This document shows positions 37,985 through 48,164 of a stretch of DNA of 64,000 bases, piece after piece. The translations under genes and the position numbers were made by a program. The DNA lies in assembly GCA_009859145.1 (NCBI GenBank), contig VRVR01000005.1:444848-508847 (forward strand). The letters run 5' to 3'. Source of the DNA: Andalucia godoyi And28. Lineage: Eukaryota > Protista > Jakobida. The notes below the pieces were generated by a model. The model saw nothing but the letters and a program-made list of their open reading frames with translations, made no database searches and was not told the origin of the DNA. Position 1 is the first letter of the stretch, and the number at the start of each line of letters is the position of its first letter.

Positions 37985-38517
37985 AATTGGGTCTGATATG
38001 GGTACAAAAACGCATTGTTGCATGACAATCGATCCTGCGAATCGATCAGTCGTCTAGAGAGGGGAGGCTCCAGCACACGAGTGCATGCGCGCACCATGTT
38101 CTTCAAGTACATATTGCACGCTCCATTCCAGTCGCGCTCCATCACCGCTGCACACGCTGGGCATCGGAGCACCTTGCGTCTTTCCAGTGTCTGATGGAAG
38201 TTCCCACACGCTCCACATGTCTTAGATGTGTTTTCCTCGGTGAGGATGTGGACTTTGCGACCCGCATACTCCGTCGCCTAGTGCAGCAGCCGCTGGGCGG
38301 AACTGCAAGTGCATCTGGCGTGCATTCTAGTCTTCAATGCGGCGTTTCTTCCCTTCTACCGGCTCCCGCTGTACCATACGGGACACGTCAGGTTTCAAAA
38401 GTAGAATGCAGTCATACTCATCACACAGCCATTTTGTCAAGATGATAAAAATGACAGAAAACACGATGAAGAACAGTCCAGACGTGCGCGGCTGCTGTCA
38501 CGTGTACCGTGTCTACT
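37985..38517 (-). mobile_element. Degraded non-autonomous Fanzor2 element (copy C, diverged subfamily)
   Basis: ILTKWLCDEYDCILL..PDVSRMVQR...KRRIED*NARQM / FRQRLLH*ATEYAGRKVHILTEENTSKTCGACG...LRCPAC...ERDWNGACNMYLKN with stops and a frameshift; AGACACGGT...GCACGT...TGTTCTT at its 5' side resembles the left end of copies A and B. Confidence 0.85.
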
Positions 38518-38634
38518 TATTTATATATAAAATAAATAATAATGATAATAGATAAAATGACACACATATATATAGAAAGGACGGCAAACACGATTAAAAA
38601 GTTGAGACAAAAGGGAACTTATTTCATAATGCGT

Positions 38635-41600
38635 TCAGCGGCTGGAAACGTATTGATACGATGCGATTGATGCAGCAACATGAACATTCAGACTGCGAAT
38701 GAGCCCGAATTGTTCGATTTCGACGTAGTCATCCACGACCCCCGACGCAATGACATCATATGGTAGTCCCTCACGCTCTCGGCCCAACACCAACACAGAC
38801 TTTTGTGCCCACATGTATTCACCAAGCCTCTGGCTCTCCGGCGTTTGTTCGAGAGCGACAATGCGGTATCCGAGTGCTTTCTTCTCCATCAAAAACGGAA
38901 TGACGTCGTATGATTTGACCTCCTGGATTGGCTGCCACTTATGGGCAGTTACAGCGACCGAAGTGAAGTCCTGAGAATCTAGAATCTTTCGGTTGTGAAT
39001 TGTCACCAACTCCGCACCAAAAACCTCGGAGGTGCGCATCAGACCAGCGATGTTCGGAATCCGGTCCAGGAACGACGCACAAATAATCAGCGGATGACGA
39101 CTGTGCGACTGCGAAGAGACAACGTCATCCGCAATTGACGCTTTTGCGCTGTCTTCTGTCCCTTTCATCTGAATGTTCAACCGGGACGACCCGTCATCGA
39201 TCGTTTGAACGGAATTCGCAGGCACACAATGCAGCAGTTCCATTTGCAAAGGATGCGGAAACAACTCGAATTCGTACCGATACGGCACCACCGAACTGAT
39301 GGGCACCTGCAACACCGCGAGTTGATCCCACCGAAGAGTTTGAAACATGATCCCATCGACTGCGATTGGTGACTGAGACACCGCCAAATATCGAGCATCA
39401 GACATAAACGTCTGCAGATCTGCCACATTCACTTTCGCAGAAAAGGACGTTTGGAGATTCATCAGGAACCGAACAGACGTGCCAATAGCTTCCGAAGGCG
39501 ACACTGCGTTGACTGGGGGCGCTTTTTCAAAGGGACTGGAGTACAACGAGAAGAGCAGCAGCGGGCACAACAGAGGAGTATTTGTTGGGAAATACTCCTC
39601 CATCGTAGAGTCGACCGTATTCGGCGGGCGGGCGTTCAGACTGAAGTCCTCGCACATTTCATGCAGTTCTCTTGAAAACACAGGGGCAAACGGTGACGTA
39701 CCGATGATAACGCGATGCAGACGCACCAATCCCAATTGCGCACAGAATCTGACCGCATGATGACCAAATCCAGATGCTGCAGCCAATTTCCGCAACAAAA
39801 ACTGCAAGCAATCCAGATCCGACGCCGTCGCATTCTTCGCGGACTGAGCAACCACGCCAATGACGGTCACCACGATCACAATCCAAGACACAATGTGAGA
39901 CGGAATTTCCGAGACAAGAGTCGTAGCAGACTCCTTCCAAGTGTTGCACAGCAGCTGCAAGGGAGTCATATCTGCAGCAGGTGACAAACAGCACACGCGG
40001 ATCGCGCATCGCTCCAAAAGGAAACGCACAGTTTGCTGCATTTTGCTCTTTGATAATTGGAGACACAGGTGGAAGATTTCACAGCGCCTTGATTCAGAAC
40101 TTTGGAATCCGTAAAGAATCGTCCATCCGAGTGCAGTGAGGTAGGAAAACTTCGTGTGCGTGATGAGTGCCTGTTTTTCGGACCACATGTCATTTGGCAA
40201 GCTGTGCAGCGCAGAGAGAGTGTCCATTGCATACGATTCGTCGTGCATCAAGCGACGGATCCATGCGCAGTGGACGGAAGCTCGAAGAAATCCGGAATCC
40301 CGAACGCAATCTGTGAACGGCTCATTCAAGTATGCGTGGGCGACATGAAGTCCCTTGTTCTCAAGAAATTCTGGTTCAAAAAAATGCTCCGTCGTATTTA
40401 ACGTAAGCGCCAGCAGAGTTGCGGGAGGCAGGATATCTTGCAATACATGAATAAGGAGAGCAAGTGTTCGAGGATTCTTCATCAACAACATGAAAAACCG
40501 GATGAGAGGCTCCGCAGCCAAAATATCCTTTGTACTCCTCGTGATGCTGAGACACAGGCATCGCTCAACTTCTTGCTTCATCCAAGACTGCGAGATCACA
40601 CCACCGCAGAAAAAGTAAAGAATAGCTTTGCATCTCTCAAATATTGGAACGTCCTTTCCGACCCAAGGTTTGGAAACAGAATCCACATCGTGAATCCACG
40701 AATCCCGATCCCATGATCGAACAGCCCGCCCATGAGCGATCAATGCCGTCGAAAAGGCAGATTTCTGTGATTGCAAATACCTAAAAAGTGGAGGAGGATT
40801 CGGGATCGACTGAACAAGCTTCCAGTCAAAGTCCGTCTGCGGAAACAACGAAGGAACAAACTGCTCGTGCCATCCTTGCATGCCTTCTGCTGATGGATCG
40901 ACAAGACTAAACAAGATTGATGTGGTCCAATTTCCATCGGGCACACACAGATGCAGTACATCCTGAAGACAATGACGATGCGGTTGGATGAATCGACGAT
41001 GGAAATCCTCGTGGAACAGCACGGCAAGAGGAAGCCGCGAGAACAAACCTGCCAGCGCCTCCCAGCATTTTCGATTGACAAAAATCCGAATTGCGCACGC
41101 CTGAAAGGACATGTACAAAAACATTGGCGTTGTGGGTGCGCACTGCACACAGAGGTCTGCAACCCCCAATAAAACATCAAAAGTGGGCTCCAAAACTTGA
41201 ACTGCTTTCAGCATAATTGCAAGTGAGCAGCGGAACGTTCCCCCTCGTTTCAACTGCAGAAAATTCTTCACAATCGCGTCTCGTACTTCAATGCTAGCCC
41301 CAGCTTGCATGAGGCTTGACAAGAAAGTCAGAAACGCTTCCGCTACTTTCTGATCAGTCGCCAAGACGGATTCCACAAACACAACGCTATTCACGCAATT
41401 CAAGAAGTTCTTTCGATCGTGATCCGACGTCGATGGCAGCATAAGAGGAGAAATTTCCGTCGACGAGCACGCAAGCAAAGTTCGTAAGCAAGCCTTTGAC
41501 AGTGACGGAGAAGGGTGACGAGATGATCGCATAAAAAGGGCCGAGGCAAGTTTGAAGCTGCAATGTCTCAGAAAAAGGCCCACTCGAGCTGCAGACGGGA

Positions 41601-42921
41601 CTACAACATCCAAATTGTAAGATTCCAGGCCGTCCCACGCAACACAAAATTCAGAAGCAATTGAGTTCACGGGAGCAACCAAATCCATCAGCACAGCACG
41701 AGCACGCTTCAGAATAAGATTCGATTCCCGTTCCGGCAATGCAACTCCGCGGAGAACATCTGATTGGACGAGGTCAAACAGCCAGTCCACCGGAAACTCT
41801 GCAAGACCGGTGTTGAGCAAGGAAACGATGTCCAAAAGCTCACCGGAATCCAGGGATCTGAAAAACAATTCATGCTTGTGAAAACTCAGCTTTAGATTTT
41901 CGAAGCGGAGGAACGGCACGAGCAGTTCGGAAACGAGCTTTATGCGTACCGACCCTGCCGCATCCGCTACCATCGTCATCACATGATCAAGCGTGAGCAA
42001 GTTCGCCCGAGGAGTCCGCAGCCCCCGCAGAAATTGGTGATGCATCATGATAGATCTACCAGATATCGACCCTTGTGCTGCGAGATGCATCCGTGTGGAA
42101 ACGGAGCAGGCCATACAGTACATTTCCTGCGCAAAGCTGTCAGCAGGAGCCACCAACGGCGTTCGAACAGGCACATTGCAAGAAATGGCTCGAGCAATTG
42201 CTAAACTCAGCCATTTTCCATCACATTTGACAACCGGAAGATCCACCATTTCATAGTGTTCTTTGTCGCAGAATGGAATATGTGGCAGCATTTCCCTGTC
42301 TCGATAATGGATCATGCCCATCATCTCACAGAGCAGACTGGAGACGTTGCTGAACTGTTGGGTGAAAAGATACATGCACTGCAAGGATGACGAAAATCGA
42401 GAAACCAGAACATGGCGCAGGGCTTCTGCAACGGAAGCCAGCGTCACGCAGGCAACCTCGGATGCCTGCAAAATGACATCCTGCCCATCGATCTTAGAAA
42501 TCCCACCGGCACTGTCATACTCGATATCCTCTAAGGGGTAGTAGTACAACGACGTGAATTCATCCTCTGATTCAATTATCAAATCCGATCGCATCAGGAC
42601 CAATCGAGAAGCCTGTATGCTGATCCCGAGTTCTTCTTGGCATTCTCGAACCACAGCGTCCAGCACGGTGTCTTCCACAGAGACATGTCCTGCAACCGAG
42701 ACGTCGAATTCCCCTGGAAACCGCGACTTGCACAAAGCTCGCTGTTGCAAAAGAATGCGATCTTTGAAGAACATGGCTAGATGAATAACACGATGCCATG
42801 GTCGAAACGACAGCGATGCCCGACCTGGACCGTGAACTGCAGACCGCGGAAGAATTTCAGACGTGAATCGCCCGGTATTCGGATCCACAACTCGGAAATA
42901 CTCTTCTGATGCAAGATCCAT
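38635..42921 (-). CDS. Fusion of an N-terminal IDI-like Nudix hydrolase domain to a Trm3/TARBP1-like tRNA Gm18 2'-O-methyltransferase (SpoU)
   Basis: N-term WHRVIH...ILLQQRA..KSRFPGEFDVSVAGHVSVEDTVLDAVVRECQEELGI (Nudix box); C-term LIICASFLDRIPNIAGLMRTSEVFG...ALEQT...LVLGREREGLP...VEIEQFGLIRSLNVHVAASI (SPOUT); one uninterrupted 1428 aa ORF. Confidence 0.85.
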   Translation of the reverse strand: MDLASEEYFRVVDPNTGRFTSEILPRSAVHGPGRASLSFRPWHRVIHLAMFFKDRILLQQRALCKSRFPGEFDVSVAGHVSVEDTVLDAVVRECQEELGISIQASRLVLMRSDLIIESEDEFTSLYYYPLEDIEYDSAGGISKIDGQDVILQASEVACVTLASVAEALRHVLVSRFSSSLQCMYLFTQQFSNVSSLLCEMMGMIHYRDREMLPHIPFCDKEHYEMVDLPVVKCDGKWLSLAIARAISCNVPVRTPLVAPADSFAQEMYCMACSVSTRMHLAAQGSISGRSIMMHHQFLRGLRTPRANLLTLDHVMTMVADAAGSVRIKLVSELLVPFLRFENLKLSFHKHELFFRSLDSGELLDIVSLLNTGLAEFPVDWLFDLVQSDVLRGVALPERESNLILKRARAVLMDLVAPVNSIASEFCVAWDGLESYNLDVVVPSAARVGLFLRHCSFKLASALFMRSSRHPSPSLSKACLRTLLACSSTEISPLMLPSTSDHDRKNFLNCVNSVVFVESVLATDQKVAEAFLTFLSSLMQAGASIEVRDAIVKNFLQLKRGGTFRCSLAIMLKAVQVLEPTFDVLLGVADLCVQCAPTTPMFLYMSFQACAIRIFVNRKCWEALAGLFSRLPLAVLFHEDFHRRFIQPHRHCLQDVLHLCVPDGNWTTSILFSLVDPSAEGMQGWHEQFVPSLFPQTDFDWKLVQSIPNPPPLFRYLQSQKSAFSTALIAHGRAVRSWDRDSWIHDVDSVSKPWVGKDVPIFERCKAILYFFCGGVISQSWMKQEVERCLCLSITRSTKDILAAEPLIRFFMLLMKNPRTLALLIHVLQDILPPATLLALTLNTTEHFFEPEFLENKGLHVAHAYLNEPFTDCVRDSGFLRASVHCAWIRRLMHDESYAMDTLSALHSLPNDMWSEKQALITHTKFSYLTALGWTILYGFQSSESRRCEIFHLCLQLSKSKMQQTVRFLLERCAIRVCCLSPAADMTPLQLLCNTWKESATTLVSEIPSHIVSWIVIVVTVIGVVAQSAKNATASDLDCLQFLLRKLAAASGFGHHAVRFCAQLGLVRLHRVIIGTSPFAPVFSRELHEMCEDFSLNARPPNTVDSTMEEYFPTNTPLLCPLLLFSLYSSPFEKAPPVNAVSPSEAIGTSVRFLMNLQTSFSAKVNVADLQTFMSDARYLAVSQSPIAVDGIMFQTLRWDQLAVLQVPISSVVPYRYEFELFPHPLQMELLHCVPANSVQTIDDGSSRLNIQMKGTEDSAKASIADDVVSSQSHSRHPLIICASFLDRIPNIAGLMRTSEVFGAELVTIHNRKILDSQDFTSVAVTAHKWQPIQEVKSYDVIPFLMEKKALGYRIVALEQTPESQRLGEYMWAQKSVLVLGREREGLPYDVIASGVVDDYVEIEQFGLIRSLNVHVAASIASYQYVSSR

Positions 42922-43170
42922 TCTCGGGTGTCTGCCACGCTTAGCGATTCGCTTTCCCTAAGGACGCGTCGTTTTGTTCGGTTACCATTGAAACCGGAAG
43001 CGCGGGGCAGGGGTGGCATGCTCGCTATTTTCCCCGGCAAAAATAGTTATTAAACGTAATAACAACAACAATAATAAAAAGTCGAGTTGGAAGGTAGACA
43101 CAAGTCGACAACTGCATCCCGCGATATGACTACAGCAGAGAGAAAGGACTTTTTATTCAATACAAATAGA

Positions 43171-43320
43171 GCCTACATTGTACACTCACCACGGATAGTC
43201 ATCGCTGATCACCCGTAATCAGTGTTGCAAACCAACAACATGCACAGCATGATTGGGAAGGGGGTAGGCCCCAACACGCCCCTCGGCATGAGCGACGTTC
43301 TCAAGATAGATGGTGCGTTG
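43171..43320 (-). ncRNA. Orphan Fanzor2 omegaRNA-like scaffold with a C-terminal coding stub (copy D)
   Basis: Minus strand: ATCTATCTTGAGAAC (IYLEN)...GGCGTGTTGGGGCCTACCCCCTTCCC...AGTGTACAATGTAGGC; the two blocks match copies A and B; the intervening sequence differs but forms hairpins. Confidence 0.7.
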
Positions 43321-43409
43321 CATAGACAATAACAACAAAAATAAAAATAAGAAATGAGCGTCGCTGTGCGAGAATGCAGCGCGGCGGCGTGTTTATAGGG
43401 AGTTCATGA

Positions 43410-44592
43410 TCAAAATGGGGCGAAACGAATCGGGCATCGTGTGACGGAGGTGCTTAAGATAGCAAACGCATGCGCATGGCGCGTGGCAGTGGTTCTGTTT
43501 GCGTGCGCTTTAAATTGCTTTATCATATCGCAATAAGTGGCAATGGGATGGGTGATGGTGTCTCGATCTGCGTCGAGATCTCGTGGAGACTCGAATCTCC
43601 CCTGTCGGCGTTTGCGGAAGTGTTCCATCAGAAGGTTCCATATGAATGACCCCGTTAAGGAACACTCGGTTTCGAAGATGCAGAACCCCGACGTACAATA
43701 TCTGCAGAGCACAGTCGATGGAGCAGCTGTTGTTTCTGTTGGAATAACCGACGACTGCTCCACGCCCGATGGTGCTGTTCAGTGTGCTCTGGATGTCAGG
43801 TGTGCCCAAGGCCTGACTGGTCCTCTCCACCTGCAGCGCGAGTGCTGCCATCGTGTTGCTTCGCTGTGGCAGAGGCTCTCCATTCCTTTTCGGCAGCCCC
43901 ATAAGACTTCGCTCGTGTGCAGATAGGGAGTCCTCTGCCAGGCTTCCTGCTGCGAGTTTTTCCTTGTATTCAGTCGGGAGAAGCTCTGGATAGAGTGTTC
44001 GAGGACTGGTTCCAAACACAAATCGGTACGGCATCTCGTTAGTTGCCTCGCTTACAGCGCAGTTGATTGAATAAGCAATGCTTGGCAGCCAAAGTGGCCA
44101 ATCGGTGGTTCTGCCGGTTGTCGCCACCAATGCTCGTAGACGGTAGGTGGCTACCTTATTTGCGTTTTCCACGGAGCCTTGGCTTTCAGGGTGATACGGG
44201 GAGCCATTGATTACAGCTATTGTTTTCGGGGCCCACGCCGCAGCGACAAGTCGTATTACCTCAGCAGTGAATTCCTTGCTGTTGTCAGACTGCAAAATCT
44301 CCGGTGGCCCGAACAGGGAGACCGCCAAAAGCGACGATTTTTTTGGACATACACAGAGATCTTGTTGTGAAGGTTCCATATGTTCAGAATTGCCTCTTGG
44401 TAATGGGTAGTAACAGAGAACCCAGCAGAAATGCGCAGCCATGTGAAATCGAGTTCGCCTAAAACCGACTTCGGTCGTCTCAGTTACCGTAAGCATCAGA
44501 CTAGCTATCTCGGGAGTCGTCCTGGTTGCGGCCGAAGACGAGAAGAAACAACCTGGGCAAACGCCTTTATAGATTGAAGAAGGCTTGTCCAC
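43410..44592 (-). mobile_element. Ginger/KRBA2-SCAND3-type DDE integrase remnant followed by a USP-like Cys box
   Basis: FGPPEILQSDNSKEF...W...INGSPYHPESQGSVENANK...W..WLPSIAYSIN......TNEMPYRFVFG (second D and E, 38 residues apart; first D region appears deleted); downstream GYSNRNNSCSIDCALQIL; continues in another frame to about 43410. Confidence 0.75.
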
Positions 44593-44606
44593 AACAAGAG
44601 GGTGGT

Positions 44607-46460
44607 TCAGTCGATCTCAGTGGGGTCTATACTCAAGGATGTTGTTCCAGCAAGCGACGGCAGGCGAAGATGAGAGCGCGCCTCCTGCAGCACATCTCGG
44701 TACCAAGACAATCCACTTGCATTCCGCGGATGGGATTCAGTTCCCGATGAATCGAATGCAACACGCGATGAGCTGACCATGAGATCGAGCTGCGGAGACT
44801 TGGAACTTTCTCTATCAGATCGGTAGCTTTCCAAAAAGGACATTTGCGGAGTGGCAACGCGCTGGCCGGCAATGCTGATGCTGGGCAACCGCATTAACGA
44901 CTTGTACACTCGAATGGTCTCCACTGCATTGTCATTTGATGCGGCATTGCGGTTGAGAGCCTTGGCGAGAACCGCAGAGGCTTGCAATGTGCGTGTGTCA
45001 CCTCCAGGATGCTCCGCAGAAGCAATCGGACTCATTTCGGTTGCGTCTGTGGGCGGGGAAAAAGATGGATCATGATCCCGCGGATTCACCACTGCAGAGA
45101 CAGCCTTGGAATCAGACGAGGGTGGATCCGAATGCGACACAGCCTCCGCGCTTGCCGAAAGCCGTTTAGCAAACTTGGAAGAGCTCGTTTGCAAGGATGG
45201 GTTTAATTTTCGATCGAGAATGGGAGAGTACGAAGGAATTAGTCTTGAAAAAGGAGACGGGGCAGCGGCATGCAGAGCGTCGCGAGGATCATCCGCATGC
45301 TGCAACAAGAAGGCGGATTTGCTTGGGGATTCTGTTCGATGAAGCTCAGCCGGCGACGTTCCAGACAACACACCCTTCACAATGGACTCTACAGCTCGAC
45401 GCTGATGCATGGAGTGATTAATCTCCGTCTTCAGCGAACGCTTCGGGTGTGGAGCAGAATCCGTGAACTTGACAGTAGTGAATGTCGGTGAAATGGAGCC
45501 GAAGTCATTTGGGACGGGCTTCTCTTCGAAGTCGAAGGTCGAGGAAGATGGCTGCCTATGCATGACTGGGGAGCCCAGAGCCAGCGGATGCCCCGCAGTA
45601 AGGCGAAGAAGGACCTTTCTCATGTCGCCCTGAAAGGAGCCATCGTTTTCTGCAAGAAATACACATTTTTCAAGAAATGCGAGAAGAGCAGGAAGGCTTC
45701 TTGGTGAGAACGCATGGAACTTATCACAGGGAAACACAAGGCAGGGTGCATAAGTCCCGGACCATTTGGAAGCCTCGGACGGAAGATCCACGATGATCGT
45801 TCGAAAGGGACGCGAATATGCACCAAAGTGTTTTATCGCAGACGAAGATGCAAGTCTTGAAAACAAGATGACCACCACTGCATTGCTTGGGGGACCGGTA
45901 GCATCTCCATCGATCGACTCGGAGAAGGAGCCTCGGGAAACTCCAGAGCCATTGCACGACCGCCGACGACGCACACGAGTGATCGCTAGTATATTTTCTT
46001 CTTCTTCTTCTTCAACATCAGCATCGCCCTCAACATCGTGCAGTTTCCGTTGGAGCCCTGAAGATGCCGGGGCCGTCGGTCGATCCACGTTCCCTTTCAG
46101 CGGAACGCGTATCCTAGACGACGAGCTCAATGACCTTGATTTCCGAGAATCGCTCGCAGTGCGGTTCATGCCCGATCCAGCGTCAATGACAGAGAATCCG
46201 AAAGGACTCAAAATTGACTGCGCTGTCTCCAGATCCATTCGCGAAACAAGATGCACCCGATACATCTTGGCGATGGACAACATGAAATCCGCACATTCTT
46301 TGCGAAACGCGGGTGGGCGAACTGGTCGATTGAGCACCGTCGATCGGCTGTTCCAGCTATTGCTGATCGAGACGCCGGTTTCACCATCCAACAATGTAAA
46401 CGACGGCGTCAATATGTGGTCCAAGTCCAGTACAAGGGACCAATTGATCACTCGTTCCAT
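44607..46460 (-). CDS. Protein with a degenerate FCP1/HAD-like phosphatase domain and a long S-rich tail
   Basis: LVLDLDHIL (cf. DLDxT), RP...DFMLSIAKMYRVHL, TIIVDL...W; start at first ATG (MERVIN). Confidence 0.55.
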   Translation of the reverse strand: MERVINWSLVLDLDHILTPSFTLLDGETGVSISNSWNSRSTVLNRPVRPPAFRKECADFMLSIAKMYRVHLVSRMDLETAQSILSPFGFSVIDAGSGMNRTASDSRKSRSLSSSSRIRVPLKGNVDRPTAPASSGLQRKLHDVEGDADVEEEEEENILAITRVRRRRSCNGSGVSRGSFSESIDGDATGPPSNAVVVILFSRLASSSAIKHFGAYSRPFRTIIVDLPSEASKWSGTYAPCLVFPCDKFHAFSPRSLPALLAFLEKCVFLAENDGSFQGDMRKVLLRLTAGHPLALGSPVMHRQPSSSTFDFEEKPVPNDFGSISPTFTTVKFTDSAPHPKRSLKTEINHSMHQRRAVESIVKGVLSGTSPAELHRTESPSKSAFLLQHADDPRDALHAAAPSPFSRLIPSYSPILDRKLNPSLQTSSSKFAKRLSASAEAVSHSDPPSSDSKAVSAVVNPRDHDPSFSPPTDATEMSPIASAEHPGGDTRTLQASAVLAKALNRNAASNDNAVETIRVYKSLMRLPSISIAGQRVATPQMSFLESYRSDRESSKSPQLDLMVSSSRVAFDSSGTESHPRNASGLSWYRDVLQEARSHLRLPSLAGTTSLSIDPTEID

Positions 46461-47060
46461 GTGGGTCACACGGATACTGGACGAGTCCAAGAGAGGAGGA
46501 ACAAGACAAACGCAGCAGCAGCAGCAACAGCACTGGCAGGTTCTTTAGCAAAGTACAGCTTTTGATGACGTACTCACTTCTTCCTCTATTCAATGAGCGT
46601 ACCTATGCGAGGGGCGGGAGGCAGGGGAGGGGAGGGGGAATGCATTGGGACAGGGAACCAAAAAAAAAAGAAAAGAAAAGAAGGAGTCGGACACACAGCG
46701 GCGGCCTCTTCAGTGCTGTGGCGGGTTGTGCTAAAATCAAACAGGTGGGAAGGCTGCTTCCAAAGCAACAGGCCCTAGCAGCAGCACGTGCTTGCTTGCA
46801 TCTGTAACGTCATGTTGCATACAGCTTGGAGCCTTGTGGTCCCACCGCCCGTCGTCCACGCGACCACATCGTCTGCGTTCCGCTCGCTTCTTTGTACGCA
46901 CGTTATAAGATGAATCCTGATTTCCCCGCCCTCCTCTAGTAAGGTTCTCAAACTGAAAGTTTGAGTCGTCCCCACCCACCCTTCCTGCGCTTTCTGCGCT
47001 TCGTGCATGGGGCCAAACATTTTCGCGCTGCAGACTGGGCACTATGCCTACGAAATATCG

Positions 47061-47894
47061 ATGGCGTGGCTTGCGAGACTCTCGCGTCGCTGTTTTGCGT
47101 CGTCGCTGTACTCCAGTGAGGTATTGGCGTGTTCGTCGGTGTTCTCGAGACGCAATGTGCTGGAGGTTGTAAACGTGGAGGACCGCGTCTACCGGTCGGG
47201 AGACCGCCTTCGCGTTTTAACGCTTGGAAATCACATCATACAGTCTGCAATGGATCTGAAAGACCCTGAAAGGCTAGTGATCGACTACATTCGTCTCATG
47301 TCCACAGCACGGTTCTTCTTCGATGCTGTGGCGCCGCCATCCAGGCAGCATCGAGACGGAGCATACGCTTTCGACTCGATACTGTTTCTCGGCTGTGGCG
47401 GTGCTTCTCTGATTCGGTACTTTGCATCTCTGATGCCTGCTCGGGCGAATTTTCGATTTGATGTTGTAGACTGGTCTTCTTTGATTTTTGAAGCTGCTGT
47501 GAAGTGCTTTCGCCTCGAGCCAGCCAAGAAGAAGGTGGTGCTTCACCAGCAGGATGCCATGGAATTTCTCGCATCGTCTGAGAATTTGCGGTCTTACGAT
47601 CTGATTCTTGTGGACTTGTTCTCGCCAACTGGTCCAGCAGACGTCTTGCTTTTGGATGAGTTTTGGAATCTTTGCCGCGAGTCGTTGTGCGACAACGGTG
47701 TGCTAGCTTCGAATTTTTGGTATTCTTTAGACGAGTCACTTCATCCAGAAATATCAAAGTTTCGGCAAGCGTTCCCCGAGGGTAACTATGTTATCCCAAC
47801 GCTGGACCATGCCAACTGTGTTGCGTTTGGAATCAAGACGGAAACGCACCGCACTTCGGACACAATACTGCGCATTCGACAATCCGTTTCGTAA
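47061..47894 (+). CDS. Spermidine-synthase-like class I SAM methyltransferase-fold protein, probable mitochondrial presequence
   Basis: MAWLARLSRRCF leader; IQSAMDLKDPERLVIDYIRLM, ILFLGCGGASL, DAMEFL, YDLILVDLF, L..NGVLASNFW. Confidence 0.7.
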   Translation: MAWLARLSRRCFASSLYSSEVLACSSVFSRRNVLEVVNVEDRVYRSGDRLRVLTLGNHIIQSAMDLKDPERLVIDYIRLMSTARFFFDAVAPPSRQHRDGAYAFDSILFLGCGGASLIRYFASLMPARANFRFDVVDWSSLIFEAAVKCFRLEPAKKKVVLHQQDAMEFLASSENLRSYDLILVDLFSPTGPADVLLLDEFWNLCRESLCDNGVLASNFWYSLDESLHPEISKFRQAFPEGNYVIPTLDHANCVAFGIKTETHRTSDTILRIRQSVS

Positions 47895-47909
47895 GGCACG
47901 CCGCATGTG

Positions 47910-47912
<3 letters not shown>

Positions 47913-47978
<66 letters not shown>
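47913..47978. repeat. (CT)n microsatellite
   Basis: Directly visible, just after the stop codon at 47894. Confidence 0.98.
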
Positions 47979-47981
<3 letters not shown>

Positions 47982-48164
47982 CGCTCGTGGTGTATGTGCT
48001 CATATCAATTTGTTTTAATTTATTTTCAGTACCACTTCGTCGTAGTACGTTATTCAAAAGTGGGGAAAAAAAGAGAAATGAAAAAAAAAAAAAAAAAGAG
48101 AAATTTAAAAAGAAAATAATGAAATTAAAATTAAAAAAACATAAACATAATATCACATTATTTC

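Noticed and set aside
42440-42921. True isopentenyl-diphosphate isomerase forming a mevalonate cluster with HMGS
   Set aside because: Lacks the type-1 IDI catalytic Cys motif, and HMGS is about 17 kb or more away among unrelated genes
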